The notes: a model not told the origin generated them from the sequence alone. DNA of 64,000 bases from Octopus vulgaris (GCA_951406725.2 OX597824.1:79050001-79114000); one strand, 5' to 3'; positions 24,829 through 39,043 are shown, numbered from the stretch's first letter. Made by a program: numbers and translations.

Positions 24829-25315
24829 CAACAACGACAACATCAATAAGAACCGCCGTCAGCTTCGCCACCAACAGGTTCTACCTCTGCAAGGTTCTAT
24901 CCTCGCCGCCACCACTACCACGAACAACAACTGGCATCACCAACCACCGCCGTAACAGCCTCCACCGCCACCACCACTAGCTTCTACACTCAGCACTGGT
25001 CTCCGCCACCGCCACCAGCCCCACATCAATCCACCGTCAAAACGCACCGTCGCTACACCGCCACCAACCATCGCTGCCACCAATCTCCTCCGCCGCCCTC
25101 AACTATCAGCAACCACTGCTGCTACCACCACCACCACCATCATCACCACCACATCAACTATCACCGTCTTCCACCTCTACCGCCAGCTTCTTACACCGCT
25201 TCCACCAACCTCCATCGCCACCAGCCTCCAACACCATAAGCCCCCCCTCCTGCACCACTACCATCGCCACCATATCAACAACAGCAACAACAGCCATCAT
25301 TGCCGCCCACAGCCT
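24160..25315. repeat. Low-complexity purine-rich (GAA/GGA) tract followed by a degenerate (CCA)n tract
   Basis: Seen directly. Confidence 0.85.
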
Positions 25316-25744
25316 GGATCGCATACGAAATAAAAGACATTATGCAGAACACGGCATCCCATTTTGGCCTGTAACCTGATCTGAATATTCATGTATTTAT
25401 ATGTACATATATATGTTTACATATATATATACACAGAATTACTATCAGTTTCGTATATAAATATAACGAAACTGATAGTAATTCTCGTGTAACATTTTAT
25501 TTCTTCACTTAAGAATTATGTCTTAACGCCGAGTTATTATTTTTATAATCGTTCGTTGAGCTGAATGCGTCGAGTGAGTTATAACTTCAAGAAGACAGAC
25601 AAGTTGATCATATGTACTCTGTTCAGGTTTTGTGATTGTAAGACTTATTGGCATTTCCGTCCTTGTTTCATATACATTCGAAGCTTTTTTCCAGGGAATC
25701 TAATGCTCTTAGCTTAGTTTTTCCTTGGGGCTGGTCTGATTGGA

Positions 25745-25804
25745 GCAATTCAAGATTAATCAGCCGAAATTGCGAGGATGATCCGGTTCTTGACTGAAGA
25801 TTAA
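25745..25804 (+). ncRNA. Permuted hammerhead candidate (family F, degenerate)
   Basis: GCAAU-UCAAGA...UCAG-cc-GAAA-UUGC-(13 nt)-UUCUUGA-CUGAAGA-UUAA. One base is missing at the cleavage site relative to the 46851-46911 copy. Confidence 0.55.
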
Positions 25805-25864
25805 AGGCCTCGAATGACCCGTCCGTGTATCGTCTTCTGGATGTTTTGCGTTCTTGTCCCATTT

Positions 25865-25919
<55 letters not shown>

Positions 25920-26387
25920 ATTAGAGACAAAACCACTATTTTGCAAAACAAACAAGGAAAGACTTAATCAATATATATATATGTATGTATGCATATTTAT
26001 GTATATATATGTATGTATATTTAAAGGGCTAAAAACCACTATGTGGTCAGCCATATGCTAGAAGTAGATCACGAACGATCAAACTACAACGAAAAGAATG
26101 TTCTCTAGAGAAAAATTCAGCGGACACCAGAACAATATGCGGGCAAGACAGATGAAAATTATATAAAAAACAAGAATTAATCGCAAACCGGCGATTTCGC
26201 CTATTAACGAATAAATCACTTGCGTAATCCTTCGTCCGTAGGACTTGTCAGTACGATCGTTCCACAAGCAATATAATTTGTAAAACTAACCACCAGTTTT
26301 CCGTATATATATATATTAAGGCGGTGCTCCAGCATGGCCGCAGCCAAATGACTGAAACAAGTAAAAGAAAAAAACGAACATATTCCC

Positions 26388-27122
26388 CTAGGGCGGGTAA
26401 AATTCCCGAGATCCATGAACGAATTCTCTCCAGCAGTCTTTGTCTCTCATCATCGCTGCCATGTCCTGTGACTCCCAGAGACCAGTGTATGCCCTTAGGG
26501 CATCAACATATGTCATGCTCGGTCTCCCTCTTGTAGTGTGTCCGTGTAGGGGCTCCCGCAGGCGCACTGAGTGCAGTATCAACTCTGAATGAATGTGAGC
26601 ATGTCCAGCTAATCTCAGTCTCCTTTGTGTTATTTTCGAGCTAACTATTGGGAGGCTCCCGTACAGCTCTGACTTCTTCTTCTTCCTCGTTGTATACTGA
26701 TTAATATTCAGAGCCATCCTCAGTATTCTCGTGCAGCACCCAACCACCATCTGAGTGAGTTTCTTGGTCAGACTCCACTGCAGCAACGAAGAGACGGATC
26801 TTCAGGTCTTTACGAAGGTCCGACTTCCATACTGATCTCAAACTGTGTCATGCCGCCCAGGCTTCGCTCTTCGTCTCAACTATATCACCCTCTGCGTTCC
26901 CAATCTTTACTCCCAGATACAGGAAGTCCTCAACTAAACCTAATGGCTTCCCGCCTACACCCATAATCTTCTCTGGCTTCTTCGTCTTAATTCCATTCAT
27001 TTACAACCTCACACTCATCGACTCCTCTGCCTCCACCACTATGTTTGTCACTAGAACTACGTCCTCAGAAAATTCAGCATCTGATATTTTTTTAGCCTTG
27101 ATCCTCCTGCTCTGAGCCGGCG
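26388..27122 (-). pseudogene. 5'-truncated RTE-clade LINE, degenerate RT C-terminus
   Basis: Motifs EDFLYLG, TRILRMALNI, RRLRLAGH, RGRPSMTYVD and MRDKDCWR, with stops and frameshifts. Confidence 0.8.
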
Positions 27123-27152
27123 CTAACTACATGTGGATGTGTGTATATATAT

Positions 27153-27234
<82 letters not shown>

Positions 27235-27266
27235 GGAACCGACTTCTCATCGACAACTATGATTGT

Positions 27267-27311
27267 CACACGCCGATGACGGGTCAATACCCTGAAACTC
27301 GAGTCCGTGTG
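27267..27311 (+). ncRNA. Minimal type I hammerhead ribozyme with palindromic helix III
   Basis: CACACG-CCGAUGA-cGGGU caau ACCCu-GAA-ACUCGAGU-C-CGUGUG. Helix I extends to 27254-27323. Confidence 0.75.
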
Positions 27312-27476
27312 TATCATAAGTTGAAGACGGGAAGGATGGCTTCCCTTCGCAAATACTGATAGGGCACAGAAAGTATGTCTATAGCCAGCTGGAGGAGGTG
27401 TCCTCCTGGGGCTACAAACTACAGTAGCATCCACCCTTAGGGGTTAGCCATATTCAAATGGCAAATATACGTCACG

Positions 27477-27508
<32 letters not shown>

Positions 27509-27992
27509 GTATGTATATTGTTCACAACAGAACACGTGCAACCTGTGGAAAGGTGTGCTGTCCAGTTGGAAGATTAAAAAGACATGTCAAAAGACTTCTT
27601 ACTGTGTCACCGGTTCCTTCTGCCAGCCAGCACAACTGTGCATTAAGCAACAAAAACGAACAAATCTTTGGTGGGGCTCAAGTGTCATATAAGGGCCTCA
27701 CATTACATTATCAATAGCTCATTTCAATGATACTTTCAAGCAATAGCTTTGCTCATATACGAGAAAGCAGCCACTATACATCCATCCATACATACATATA
27801 CGTACATACCTACATATATATGTATATATACATGCATATATGGGTACAGGACATCAAAAAAACGTTGAACACAATGAGAAACGAAAACATAAAAACCAAC
27901 GAACACTGAAATGGCAAAAGTGGGTGCATATTTTGTTGAATAAAACCATTCCTTGTATTTTCCACAAATTTCATACTTGACGACTGTGGGAA

Positions 27993-28354
27993 GCACTCCG
28001 TCGGTTACGACGACGAGGGTTCCGGTTGATCCGAATCAACGGAACAGCCTGCTCGTGAAATTAACGTGTAAGTGGCTGAGCACTCCACAGACACGTGTAC
28101 CCTTAACGTAGTTCTCGGGGATATTCAGTGTGACACAGAGAGTGACAAGGCCGGCCCTTTGAAATACAGGTACAACAGAAACAGGAAGTAAGAGTGAGAG
28201 AAAGTTGTGGTGAAAGAGTACAACAGGGATCACCACCATCCCCTGCCGGAGCCTCGTGGAGCTTTAGGTGTTTTCGCTCAATAAACACTCACCGAAACCG
28301 CGATCCTACGACCGCGAGTCCGCTGCCCTAACCACTGGGCCATTGCGCCTCCAC
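27993..28354 (-). mobile_element. tRNA-derived SINE family C
   Basis: Near identical to 29335-29716, with a small deletion. Confidence 0.85.
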
Positions 28355-28693
28355 GCTTGACGACTACAAAGTAGTCTAATAGCAATAATCTGTGTTAGTG
28401 AAACTCCAGAGAATCCTAGCCATAAAAATTATTCCGAGGAGTATATTATGGTGATCTGATGAGCTAGCTTTCTTTAGTTGCACTAATTTGTGAATATACA
28501 ATCGTGTTGTATAATGCCGAATATGCATATTAATACAAACCTGTGCACATAATTTCTTGCATACTGAATTAATACTGCATGGGGAGGGCTGCGAAATGGC
28601 CGTGATCGTGTGGAAGTCACGTGGTTAGATAAAGAAATATATATTCAACTCTCAAACTTTCCGACTTACTCTTCACATATGTATGTGTATATT

Positions 28694-28730
<37 letters not shown>

Positions 28731-28754
28731 GTATAGATACACACACACACACAT

Positions 28755-28817
<63 letters not shown>

Positions 28818-28925
28818 CACACGCACTCATAAACGTGCGCGCACACACATACAATCATAAATATATATATATATATAACATATATATTAGAATATAGATA
28901 CCTAAATATATATACATGAATACAC

Positions 28926-28977
<52 letters not shown>

Positions 28978-29334
28978 GTGTGTGTGGCATGCGTATGTTG
29001 GTGCGTACACACACAACTCAGACAAACGCACATCCAAAACAGATTTGTTTATTTTTTCTGTTAATCTGAAGGCAGGTGTTAGGGATCAAACAGCAAGGGT
29101 AATGATAAATAAATAAATAAATAAAATATCCGAGTTGGAAAAACCAACTTTCATCTTGCAAGTTGTCAAAGTAATCATTACAAACGCGTGAACATTTTTT
29201 TTTCTAACCAAAAGGCGTTCATACGTATTGGTGTTATTCACAAGTTTTTAGCAACGCTTGCTAACCCTGCCAAATAAACAAGCCTTCTCTGCGTAAATTA
29301 GCCAATATTCACCTCGGTATTACTATCTAAATCT

Positions 29335-29716
29335 GTGGAGGCGCAATGGTCTAGTGGTTAGGGCAGCGGACTCGCGGTCGTAGGATAGCGGTTTCGATTC
29401 CCAGACCGGGCGTTGTGAGTGTTTATTGAGCGAAAACACCTAAAAGCTCCACGAGGCTCCGGCAGGGGATGGTGGTGATCCCTGCTGTACTCTTTCACCA
29501 CAACTTTCTCTCACTCTTACTTCCTGTTTCTGTTGTACCTGTATTTCAAAGGGCCGGCCTTGTCATTCTCTGTGTCACGCTGAATATCCCCGAGAACTAC
29601 GTTAAGGGTACACGTGTCTGTGGAGTGCTCAGCCACTTACACGTTAATTTCACGAGCAGGCTGTTCCGTTGATTCGGATCAACCGGAACCCTCGTCGTCG
29701 GAACCGACGGAGTGCG
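29335..29716 (+). mobile_element. tRNA-derived SINE family C, full length
   Basis: A box TGGTCTAGTGG, B box GTTTCGATTCC. Confidence 0.85.
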
Positions 29717-30083
29717 TCCACTATCTAAATTTCCTTCTTTCTCGATAATATTCTCTCTCTCTCTCTCTCTTTCTCTAGCTGCATCGACTCTTCCCAACCA
29801 CCCTTCTTCCACTGATCATTTCTTTTCACGCATGCGCAACGGTATGTTTTCTGCCATTTCCTGCTGATCTTTATTAGGCCCATGTTATTTTGCATGTAAA
29901 ACGAACTTCATCGAAGACTCGTTACTTTTTATCTATCTATCAATCTATCTATCTAGCTAGCTATTCCTTTTACGATCCCTTTTGATCGAAAACCAACCCC
30001 CTTTTTTTTTACCCCCAAAAGAAAAGCTCTACCTTGTAATTTGTTCTGTCTGTGTGCAGCCCTGTGTGGCTAATAAAGAAACA

Positions 30084-30169
<86 letters not shown>

Positions 30170-30387
30170 GCTATCTATCAGTCTGTCTGTCTGTCTGTCT
30201 GTCTGTCTCTTTCTGTGTGTGTATATATATATATACATATATATATAAGTTATGAGAGGGAATGGAGTCAATAAGACCCAAAGAAGTCAGGTAATGCTGA
30301 GTAAGTACTATGGATAGATCATACTTCCAGGTTCGGTGATTATGCGAATATGGAGTCCAACGTAGGTCATATAATAGCATGTGTATA

Positions 30388-30545
30388 TATAAATTATTTT
30401 TTTTAGAATGAGATAAAAAAAAAACAAAGGCTGTGAAGATTTTAGAACATTTATAATTAGAAGGTCTTACACCTTCTATTTATAAATGTTTTAAAATTTT
30501 CACATCCTTGTTATTTTATCTCATTCTGAAAAAAAAATTATATAT
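30388..30545. repeat. Imperfect inverted repeat (foldback)
   Basis: Arms centred on TAGAAGGT-cttac-ACCTTCTA. The outer AGAATGAGATAAAA pairs with TTTTATCTCATTCT. Confidence 0.8.
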
Positions 30546-30740
30546 ATGATAGATCGCTAGCCACTACACATTCTTTATTTTTTCTCTCCTTGTTTCTTTC
30601 TGTGTTTATTTCTGTGGAAGAGCGTAGGCTCGAAACGTTAAAGACTTTTTCACTTCCCGAGCGTTAAACTAATACATTTGTTTGTTGTCTACACTACCTG
30701 TCTTCGTCTTTTGTTTGGATTTTTTGGGGGAATTTTCCCT
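30546..30740 (+). mobile_element. Hammerhead-like short element, family E
   Basis: Motif at 30609-30643. Nearly identical to 41751-41940. Confidence 0.7.
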
Positions 30741-30766
30741 ATATATATACACCGTATATATATACA

Positions 30767-30946
30767 CCGTATTTTAAAATGTATAAAGAGCCCTTTTTTG
30801 TCAAAAATCAAGTTAAAAATATATGGGAGTTTCTTATACATGGATAGTATTATGATCCCTTAAAAAAAACGTTTTTCCAAATTTTAAGCCCCCAAAATTA
30901 GGGGGTTCTTTATACACGAGGGTTCCTTATACACGTTAATATACGG
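30767..30946. mobile_element. pogo/Tigger-like MITE
   Basis: Imperfect TIRs CCGTATTTT....TGTATAAG and CTTATACA....AATATACGG, followed by TA. Confidence 0.55.
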
Positions 30947-30980
<34 letters not shown>

Positions 30981-31006
30981 TGTATGTATGTATGTATGTA
31001 TGTATG

Positions 31007-31046
<40 letters not shown>

Positions 31047-31384
31047 GGTGTGTGTGTGTGTTTTACTTATAAGCTGGTGTAGAACTCAATACTTATATGC
31101 TTCTGAATGAAGCGTTAGTCGAGTACAGAGCGGTAATAAGAAACAGGAGCTGACAAAGGAATAAAGGATTATCGTATGGACTCCATTAGCTTACGTCTGT
31201 TTCTGATATAATATGCGGTGGAGGTGAACTCAGAACCGAGTGCCTGAGCAAAGAAGCTCTGATGACGCTACAAGGTTTTGTTACTCAGGCATGATATAAT
31301 ATTAACCGGGGACGCGCCATTTGGAAGAACAAAACACAAAGAATACTAAGCTATAGAAGCATAATTGTGCATAATTATGTAATA

Positions 31385-31785
31385 AGGCGGCGATCTGGCA
31401 GAAACGTTAGCACACCGGGCGAAATACTTATCGGTATTTCGTCTACCGTTACGTTCTAAGTTCAAATTCCGCCGAGGTCGACTTTGACTTTCATCCTTTC
31501 GGGGTCGATAAATTAAGTACCAGTTATGCGCTGGGGTCGATATAATCGATTTAATCCGTTTGTCTGTCCTTGTTTGTCCTCTCTGTGTTTAGCCCCTTGT
31601 GGGTTGTAAATAAATAGATGTTTCGTCTGCCGTCGCTACGTCCTGAGTTCAAATTCCGCCGAGGTCGACTTTACCTTTCATCCTTTCGGGGTCGATAAAT
31701 TAAGTACCAGTTACGCGCTGGGTCGATATAATCGACTTAATCCGTTTGTCTGTCCTTGTTTATCCCCTCTATGGGCAATAAAGAA
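31385..31785 (+). mobile_element. SINE family B dimer
   Basis: Two tandem bodies. Confidence 0.85.
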
Positions 31786-31927
31786 GCAAGATACATAAAA
31801 CCAGAAGTCATCATAGTTGTTCATATGGGTTTAAGTGACCTGATACACATATCAAAAAGGGATATTCAGTGAGTTTTGTAATATTTCATGACACTATATT
31901 TTTACGTATTCCACCAAACCAGCATGC

Positions 31928-31984
<57 letters not shown>

Positions 31985-32338
31985 TGTGTGTGTGTCAAAG
32001 ACTTCATCTGGAAAAATGGTTTTACCGCCAATAACAACAAACACATTAATTTTTTCAGATCACTCAAACTGTTGTAATGAAGGATGCATAATATCAATAA
32101 TTTGCTGTCGGTAATTATTTCAACTTAATGAGGCTCGTCTCCTACGTTACAGACTAAAATCTAAATATTTACTCCTTTATACACTGATACCATATGTAAT
32201 CTAGGATTATGGGAGGTTAACATGATTTGGATATTGAGTCGTAATCCATATGGTAATTTGTTGTGCATTATTGCCATTATTGTATTATGGCATTCGCAAA
32301 CATATATATATTTATGTATGTATGTATGTATATATATG

Positions 32339-32377
<39 letters not shown>

Positions 32378-32589
32378 ATGTATATATATATATAAATAAT
32401 TGCATTAAATTATGCCTATACATATATTATGTATAATATCATATATTATGTATAATATCATATATTTACAAATATAATATATGTGTATTAACACAATATA
32501 TATATATATGTATATATGTCAAATGTATTTATATATATAGTGTAGGCCAAAAGTCACGTACGTAAACTTTTGACATTTTAATTATGTTG

Positions 32590-32626
<37 letters not shown>

Positions 32627-32757
32627 GATTGTTATTGTTATTATTTAATTTTTATTCAACTGTAGAAAGATTGAAGCATGTCTTTGACAATTCCGAAGCG
32701 CATGCGCATTAAACTTGTTTCGTGCGTAACTTTTGCACCACCATCTTGTATGTATTT

Positions 32758-32798
<41 letters not shown>

Positions 32799-32837
32799 GA
32801 ACATATACAAACACACATAACGTGCAAACACACACAC

Positions 32838-32925
<88 letters not shown>

Positions 32926-33510
32926 GCAGGCAGAAAGAGGGACTGCATATAATCAAATATACATGCATCAAACATATATACGTATTGGCATCCATTCATC
33001 CATACATACATACATGCATACGTACATATATACATATTTATATATACATAGCTAATCATTTCTGTCTTCGTTTTTTTCTACCTATGCACGCATATATAAC
33101 AACCATACAAACGTATTGATGGAAAACAGATCAGAAAAAGAGAGGGAAATAGAGAAAGAGGGCGGGAGAGTAGAGGGAAAATGGCGTACGTAGAGAGAGA
33201 GAGAATAAGGCTGTGAATCTTATATATTGCACGTGATTATCACATGAGTCGGTACGCAGTTTATCTTCCATATTAAAAGATTTGAACTGCGATCTTTTCT
33301 AACCTAAAAATACCACACTGTGCGTATATTTAGGAGTATATTAAACATTATCACAGAAATGGACGCCGCACACATACGGGTATCTTCGGAAACACAAGCA
33401 TACGCACACACACACACACACACACACGCTCAGAAGCACTCGCAACACATGCGCACATGCACATATGCTCTCTCTCTTTCTCTCTCTTTCTCTTTCTCTC
33501 TCTCTCTCTC

Positions 33511-33547
<37 letters not shown>

Positions 33548-33649
33548 ACATATAACTTTGATAAACGCTTATATTTAATTTATTCATACACACATACACA
33601 CACACATATATATACACACACACATATATATATATACATATATATATAT

Positions 33650-33692
<43 letters not shown>

Positions 33693-33734
33693 ACATGCAC
33701 GTATATATATATATATATAAACACATGCACGTAA

Positions 33735-33785
<51 letters not shown>

Positions 33786-34132
33786 TGTGTGTGCGTGCGC
33801 GCGCTTATTATGCGCAACACAGCGTGAATCAAAGAAGAGTAGTATAATGTAAACATTAGAAAGCTGTGGAAGAAATATAAAGACATAAACACATTCTTTC
33901 AATGGTTTCGATGTACTGGAAAAAGTAAGTCGGCAGTAATGTTATGGGGTGGGGGTAGAATACCTGACTGACCGTTTCATAGTTTGTTGACCGACACTCA
34001 GTGAAGTTCACCTGACATTCTTCCCCAATTAATAGCATAGAATATTCACCCGATATACATGGCAATCGTAAATAACACGTTTAATGTAGTGCTTTTGATA
34101 GCTACTCATTAATTTATATATATATATATATA

Positions 34133-34292
34133 AGGAGTGGCTGTGTGGTAAGTAGCTTGCTAACCAACCACATGGTTCCGGGTTCAGTCCCACTGCGTGG
34201 CATCTTGGGCAAGTGTCTTCTGCTATAGCCCCGGGCCGACCAATGCCTTGTGAGTGGATTTGGTAGACGGAAACTGAAAGAAGCCTGTCGTA

Positions 34293-34347
<55 letters not shown>

Positions 34348-34556
34348 TTGTGTGTCTGTGTTTGTCCCCTAGCATTGCTTGACAACCGATGCTGGTGTGT
34401 TTACGTCCCCGTCACATAGCGGTTCGGCAAAAGAGACCGAAAGAATAAGTACTAGGCTTACAAAGAATAAGTCTCGGGGTCGATTTGCTCGACTAAAGGC
34501 GGTGCTCCAGCATGGCCGCAGTCAAATGACTGAAACAAGTAAAAGAGTAAAAGAGA
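34133..34556 (+). mobile_element. SINE family A
   Basis: Full length. Confidence 0.85.
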
Positions 34557-34618
<62 letters not shown>

Positions 34619-34878
34619 GAAATATGTTACAAAAAGAAAATAGAAACTACACGTGGAAATGTAAGGGGAAAGTAAGAAAAATTAACGAAAATGCACATTG
34701 GAAAATAAAAAAAAGAAAATGCTTTTTATGAAGAGTAACGGCAGATAAATACAATTAGATGAACTGAGATAGTAATAAAAGTAATAAAAGTAATAAAAGT
34801 CATTATTATGAGATGATTAAATATATATATATAATAAATAACGATTATTACGAATTAGCATAACACTACCTTAAATTC

Positions 34879-34913
<35 letters not shown>

Positions 34914-35003
34914 TAATCCAAACGGGAAAACAGAAAAAACAACAACACGTGGAACAATTACAGTATTATTATTATTAGGCGCTCAGGAAAATGGAAGAAG
35001 GAG

Positions 35004-35041
<38 letters not shown>

Positions 35042-36246
35042 GTTTCAAATAGGCCTACACATGTTTCTACCGCATCGATTTGTAACCGTTGCAATTGCAA
35101 CCTTTCTATAGGGTGTTCAAAAAAATTCTTTCCGCAGTGAATCTTTTTTCATCCTGCGACTGTTGTCAATTGTTTCAAATACGTTTTAGCATTGTCATGT
35201 TCTAGCCTTTTCAAACAATCACATCTGATTCGTCCCAAAGACTCAACCTTTATATAAGAGTTTTGCTTCCACTAGCGAAATCTATGCGTATCTTTCAGAA
35301 AGTTCCGTACCAATTTAACTGTATGCAGCATTCGCCGTTAGTTTATGCACAGGCTATGTGGGATGACAGAATATAGGGGCTTTTGTCAGCTTATCTCTCC
35401 CAGAAAATAGCTCCCTTTGCTGCTGAAAAAAATAAACTCGCAGAGGGGAAGTTTCAACGTCTTCCTTCAATTTCCTTACACCATTTATGTGACTGTTTCT
35501 GACAAGAAATTTCGCTCTCATGTAAAACAATTATATTTTGTAGTCATTTTCCGTAATCTATTCCCAAAGCACTTCAGTAGCTCTACTTTGCATCGCTCGC
35601 AGACTTATATGTTCTATGATCATTTAAGTACAATGACCGCCACAATAACCAGCCTTCAATTTGATTTTCCGTTCCTAGGTTAATCGGAAACATAGATTGC
35701 CGTGCTACTCATAAACCTTCTCGGTATTTCAATTATTTGGTGAAAAAAATACCACCAAAGCAGCTTAAACTGTCCAAAGTACAGGTGTCTTTGCTAGTTA
35801 GTTAATAATAATCTACAAGGATTTTGTTTTGTTTTATTTTTGGATAATTTGAAACGTAACGTATATATTTTTGTAATAAACATAAAGTTTTAGATTCTCT
35901 ATAAAAAGAAAATCAAGCAGGGAAAATTGAACTGTCGGATATGTTTTTAATCCTGTTAGATTCTTATGATGGGAAGAATAACATAATTAATTACTTACGC
36001 TGTCAGCACGTGCACTCTTATGAAAATTAGACAGCGCCAATTTAGTTGTGGCTGAGTTTATACACGTTATAGATAGTTATATGCTACTAATATCAACATA
36101 CACACATACGTAAACAGATGCAGACACGAATATATATACACTCTCATAAATACATACAAATACACGTAACTATTTTAAAATAGCTTCAAGTTTAATATTT
36201 CAATAGATACGTGAATAATTAAATATGTCATTTAATACATAAAAAT

Positions 36247-36997
36247 AATCCTTTCTGCTGTAGGCACAAGGCCTGAAATTTGGGGGTAGGGGGTTAGTCG
36301 ATTACATCGACCCCAGTACTTAGCTGGTATATATTTTATCGACACCGATAGAATTAAAGGCAAAGTCGACCTCGGTTGAATTTGAACTCAGAACGTAAGG
36401 ACGGGCGAAATACCTATTTCTTTACTACCCTCAAGGGGCTAAACACAGAGAGGACAGACAAAGGATTACATCGACCCCAGCGCTCAACAGATACTTGTTT
36501 AATCGTCCCCGAAAGGATGAAAGTCAAAGTTGATCGCGGCGGCATTTAATCTGAGAACGTAAAGACGGATAAAATACCTATTTCTTTATTACCCACAAGG
36601 GGCTAAAGACAGAGGGGACAAACAAGGACAGACATAGGTATTAAGTCGATTACATCGACCCCAGTGCGTAACTGGTACTTAATTTATCGACCCCCAAAGG
36701 ATGAAAAGGCAAAGTCGACCTCGGCGGAATTTGAACTCAGAACGTAACGGCAGACGAAATACCGATTTCTTTATTACCCACAAGGGGCTAAAGACAGAGG
36801 GGACAAACAAGGACAGACCAACGGATTAAGTTGATTATATCGACCCCAGTGCGTAACTGGTAATTAATTTATCGACCCCCGAAAGGATGAAAGGCAAAGT
36901 CGACCTCGGCGGAATTTGAACTCAGAACGTAACGGCAGACGAAATACGGCTACGCATTTCGCCCGGCGTGCTAACGTTTCTGCCAGCTCACCGCCTT
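36247..36997 (-). mobile_element. SINE family B tandem multimer (4 bodies)
   Basis: Repeated units of about 165-185 bp joined at AAATACC-TATTTC. The last unit has the older tail type. Confidence 0.85.
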
Positions 36998-37202
36998 TAA
37001 TACATAAAATAAATAAATATACCTATATGTAGTATTATTGTGCTTGATATATTACGTGTTCGAATATTGCGCTCACACGATGGAAATTGAACTGGAGACA
37101 GGATCGAAATCTAACATAATGAAATCATGAAGTTTCATATAAACCCATAAATTTATTTATCAAAATCGAAAGAAGCCTTAAAGAACATAAAATTTCAAAG
37201 GC

Positions 37203-37240
<38 letters not shown>

Positions 37241-37306
37241 ATGTAGGTAGGTAGGTAGGTAGGTAGGTAGGTAGGTAGGTAGGTAGGTAGGTAGGTAGGT
37301 AGGTAA

Positions 37307-37379
<73 letters not shown>

Positions 37380-37380
<1 letters not shown>

Positions 37381-37626
37381 CACGTGACCGACCAGAGAAT
37401 CAGATGCTGTCACAACTGGTTTGCATCCTTTTAACTTTCGAAAGATGCAGCCCCGCTGGCAGGTGAACAGACCAACATTCCCCCTTGATTGAAAACAGGG
37501 GCCGGAGAACAAAATGAAATTAAGAGTTTTGCTTAAGAACACAACGTGCCTCCCGGTCGGGGTATCAAACCTATGACATAGCGATCGTGAACACAACACC
37601 CTAACCACTAGGCCATGCGCCTTCAT
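37380..37626 (-). mobile_element. SINE, family D-like head with the tail shared with 20211-20514
   Basis: Both copies begin CAC..GTGACCGACCAG...ATCAGATG on the + strand. Confidence 0.6.
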
Positions 37627-37664
<38 letters not shown>

Positions 37665-38920
37665 ATGCATACATATGTGTGCGTTCCACAGAACCTTTCC
37701 GAAATTAGACGCCAATATCTCGACGTTATCTTAGCTTAATAAGATTATCTATGAAGAAAAACAACCATTATCAATGGAAGCCATCTCCACGAACCAAGAA
37801 TCCACAAACACATTCCACTATACTAGAATGAAGGACAACTCAGAAAGAATAACGAGACTAAAATATAAAAATCCACAAGCATAACAAATATATTTTTCCA
37901 TCTTCCTATCATCAGCTGCCAATTGGATAAAATGTGTGTGTGTGTTTGCTTGTGTTTGTGTGTGTGTGTTTTTGTGTCATAATTTTCCCGCTGATCCTGT
38001 GCACCTACGAGGAAAACTCAGAATAGTACAAGTGACTCTACCCAAAATAATATATATTAATCTCTCCTATGGTATTGAGAAACCTTTTTCTTCGACGGTC
38101 AGCACTAAACGGGTATATATATATATATATATATCTACTACATATGTGGGAAATTCTGTCTGTCGGTGTGTTTGTGGAGTTGTTAGCTAACTCCTCCTAC
38201 ATCGTTTTATCGATTTTGATTAAACTTGATACGTGAGCAGAACTCGTGTCTGGAAACCTCATGGCATATTCAGATTGTTAAAAAAAAATCGATAATGTGG
38301 CACCTGGAAGGGATCCTTATGTATAGCCAAAAACCCATTCATTTTCCTAAATTATTTGGTAAAAATGAAATTGAGTATGCTTATTTCTTAGGATTTGAAT
38401 TGTTAGAGTTATTTTCGCAATTTATCCAGTACAACCTTTAAACAAGTTAATAGTATTTTCCTGAACAATAGATCCACTTATTTCGGTTAGTGACTTATTC
38501 ACGAATATACCAACACTACCGCCCCTGAGGGTGATATTCTCTGGGAACGCATAAAAGCCGTTTTCAGAGTTATTTAGATTGAATTGTTATTATCTCATAT
38601 CTGATTATCCTGTTATTACGTGGCATGCTTCACGATTTTAGTAAACATTCCTTATTAGTATTTCCTCTTATGTTCTATATACTCTGGGAACGCATTAAAT
38701 TCCTTTTTCGGGGCTACTTTATTTGAATACTTACTATCGGGTAACTGACTTTATGTTTTAAGTTTAAATTCCGCCAAGGTAGACTTTGCCTTTCTTTTTC
38801 TTTCGAGGTCGATAAAATAATTACAAGTCGAGCACTGTAGTCAATGTAATCAGCTTGCTCTTTCCCAAAAAATTTCAGGCCTTGTGCCTATAGTAGAAAG
38901 GATTGTTGTTGTTGTTGTTA

Positions 38921-38984
<64 letters not shown>

Positions 38985-39043
38985 AATACTATGGCACTGA
39001 AATTGCTGGCCTTGTGCCAACTGTTGGAATCATTATTATTAAG

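Noticed and set aside
31240-31292. CTGATGA within a hairpin (similar case CTGACGA at about 60373)
   Set aside because: No properly placed GAAA, helix III or UH, so not a hammerhead.
35040-35760. Unique-looking segment, possibly a decayed transposase (also 57290-57680)
   Set aside because: No recognisable motif or sustained reading frame. It cannot be assigned without a search.
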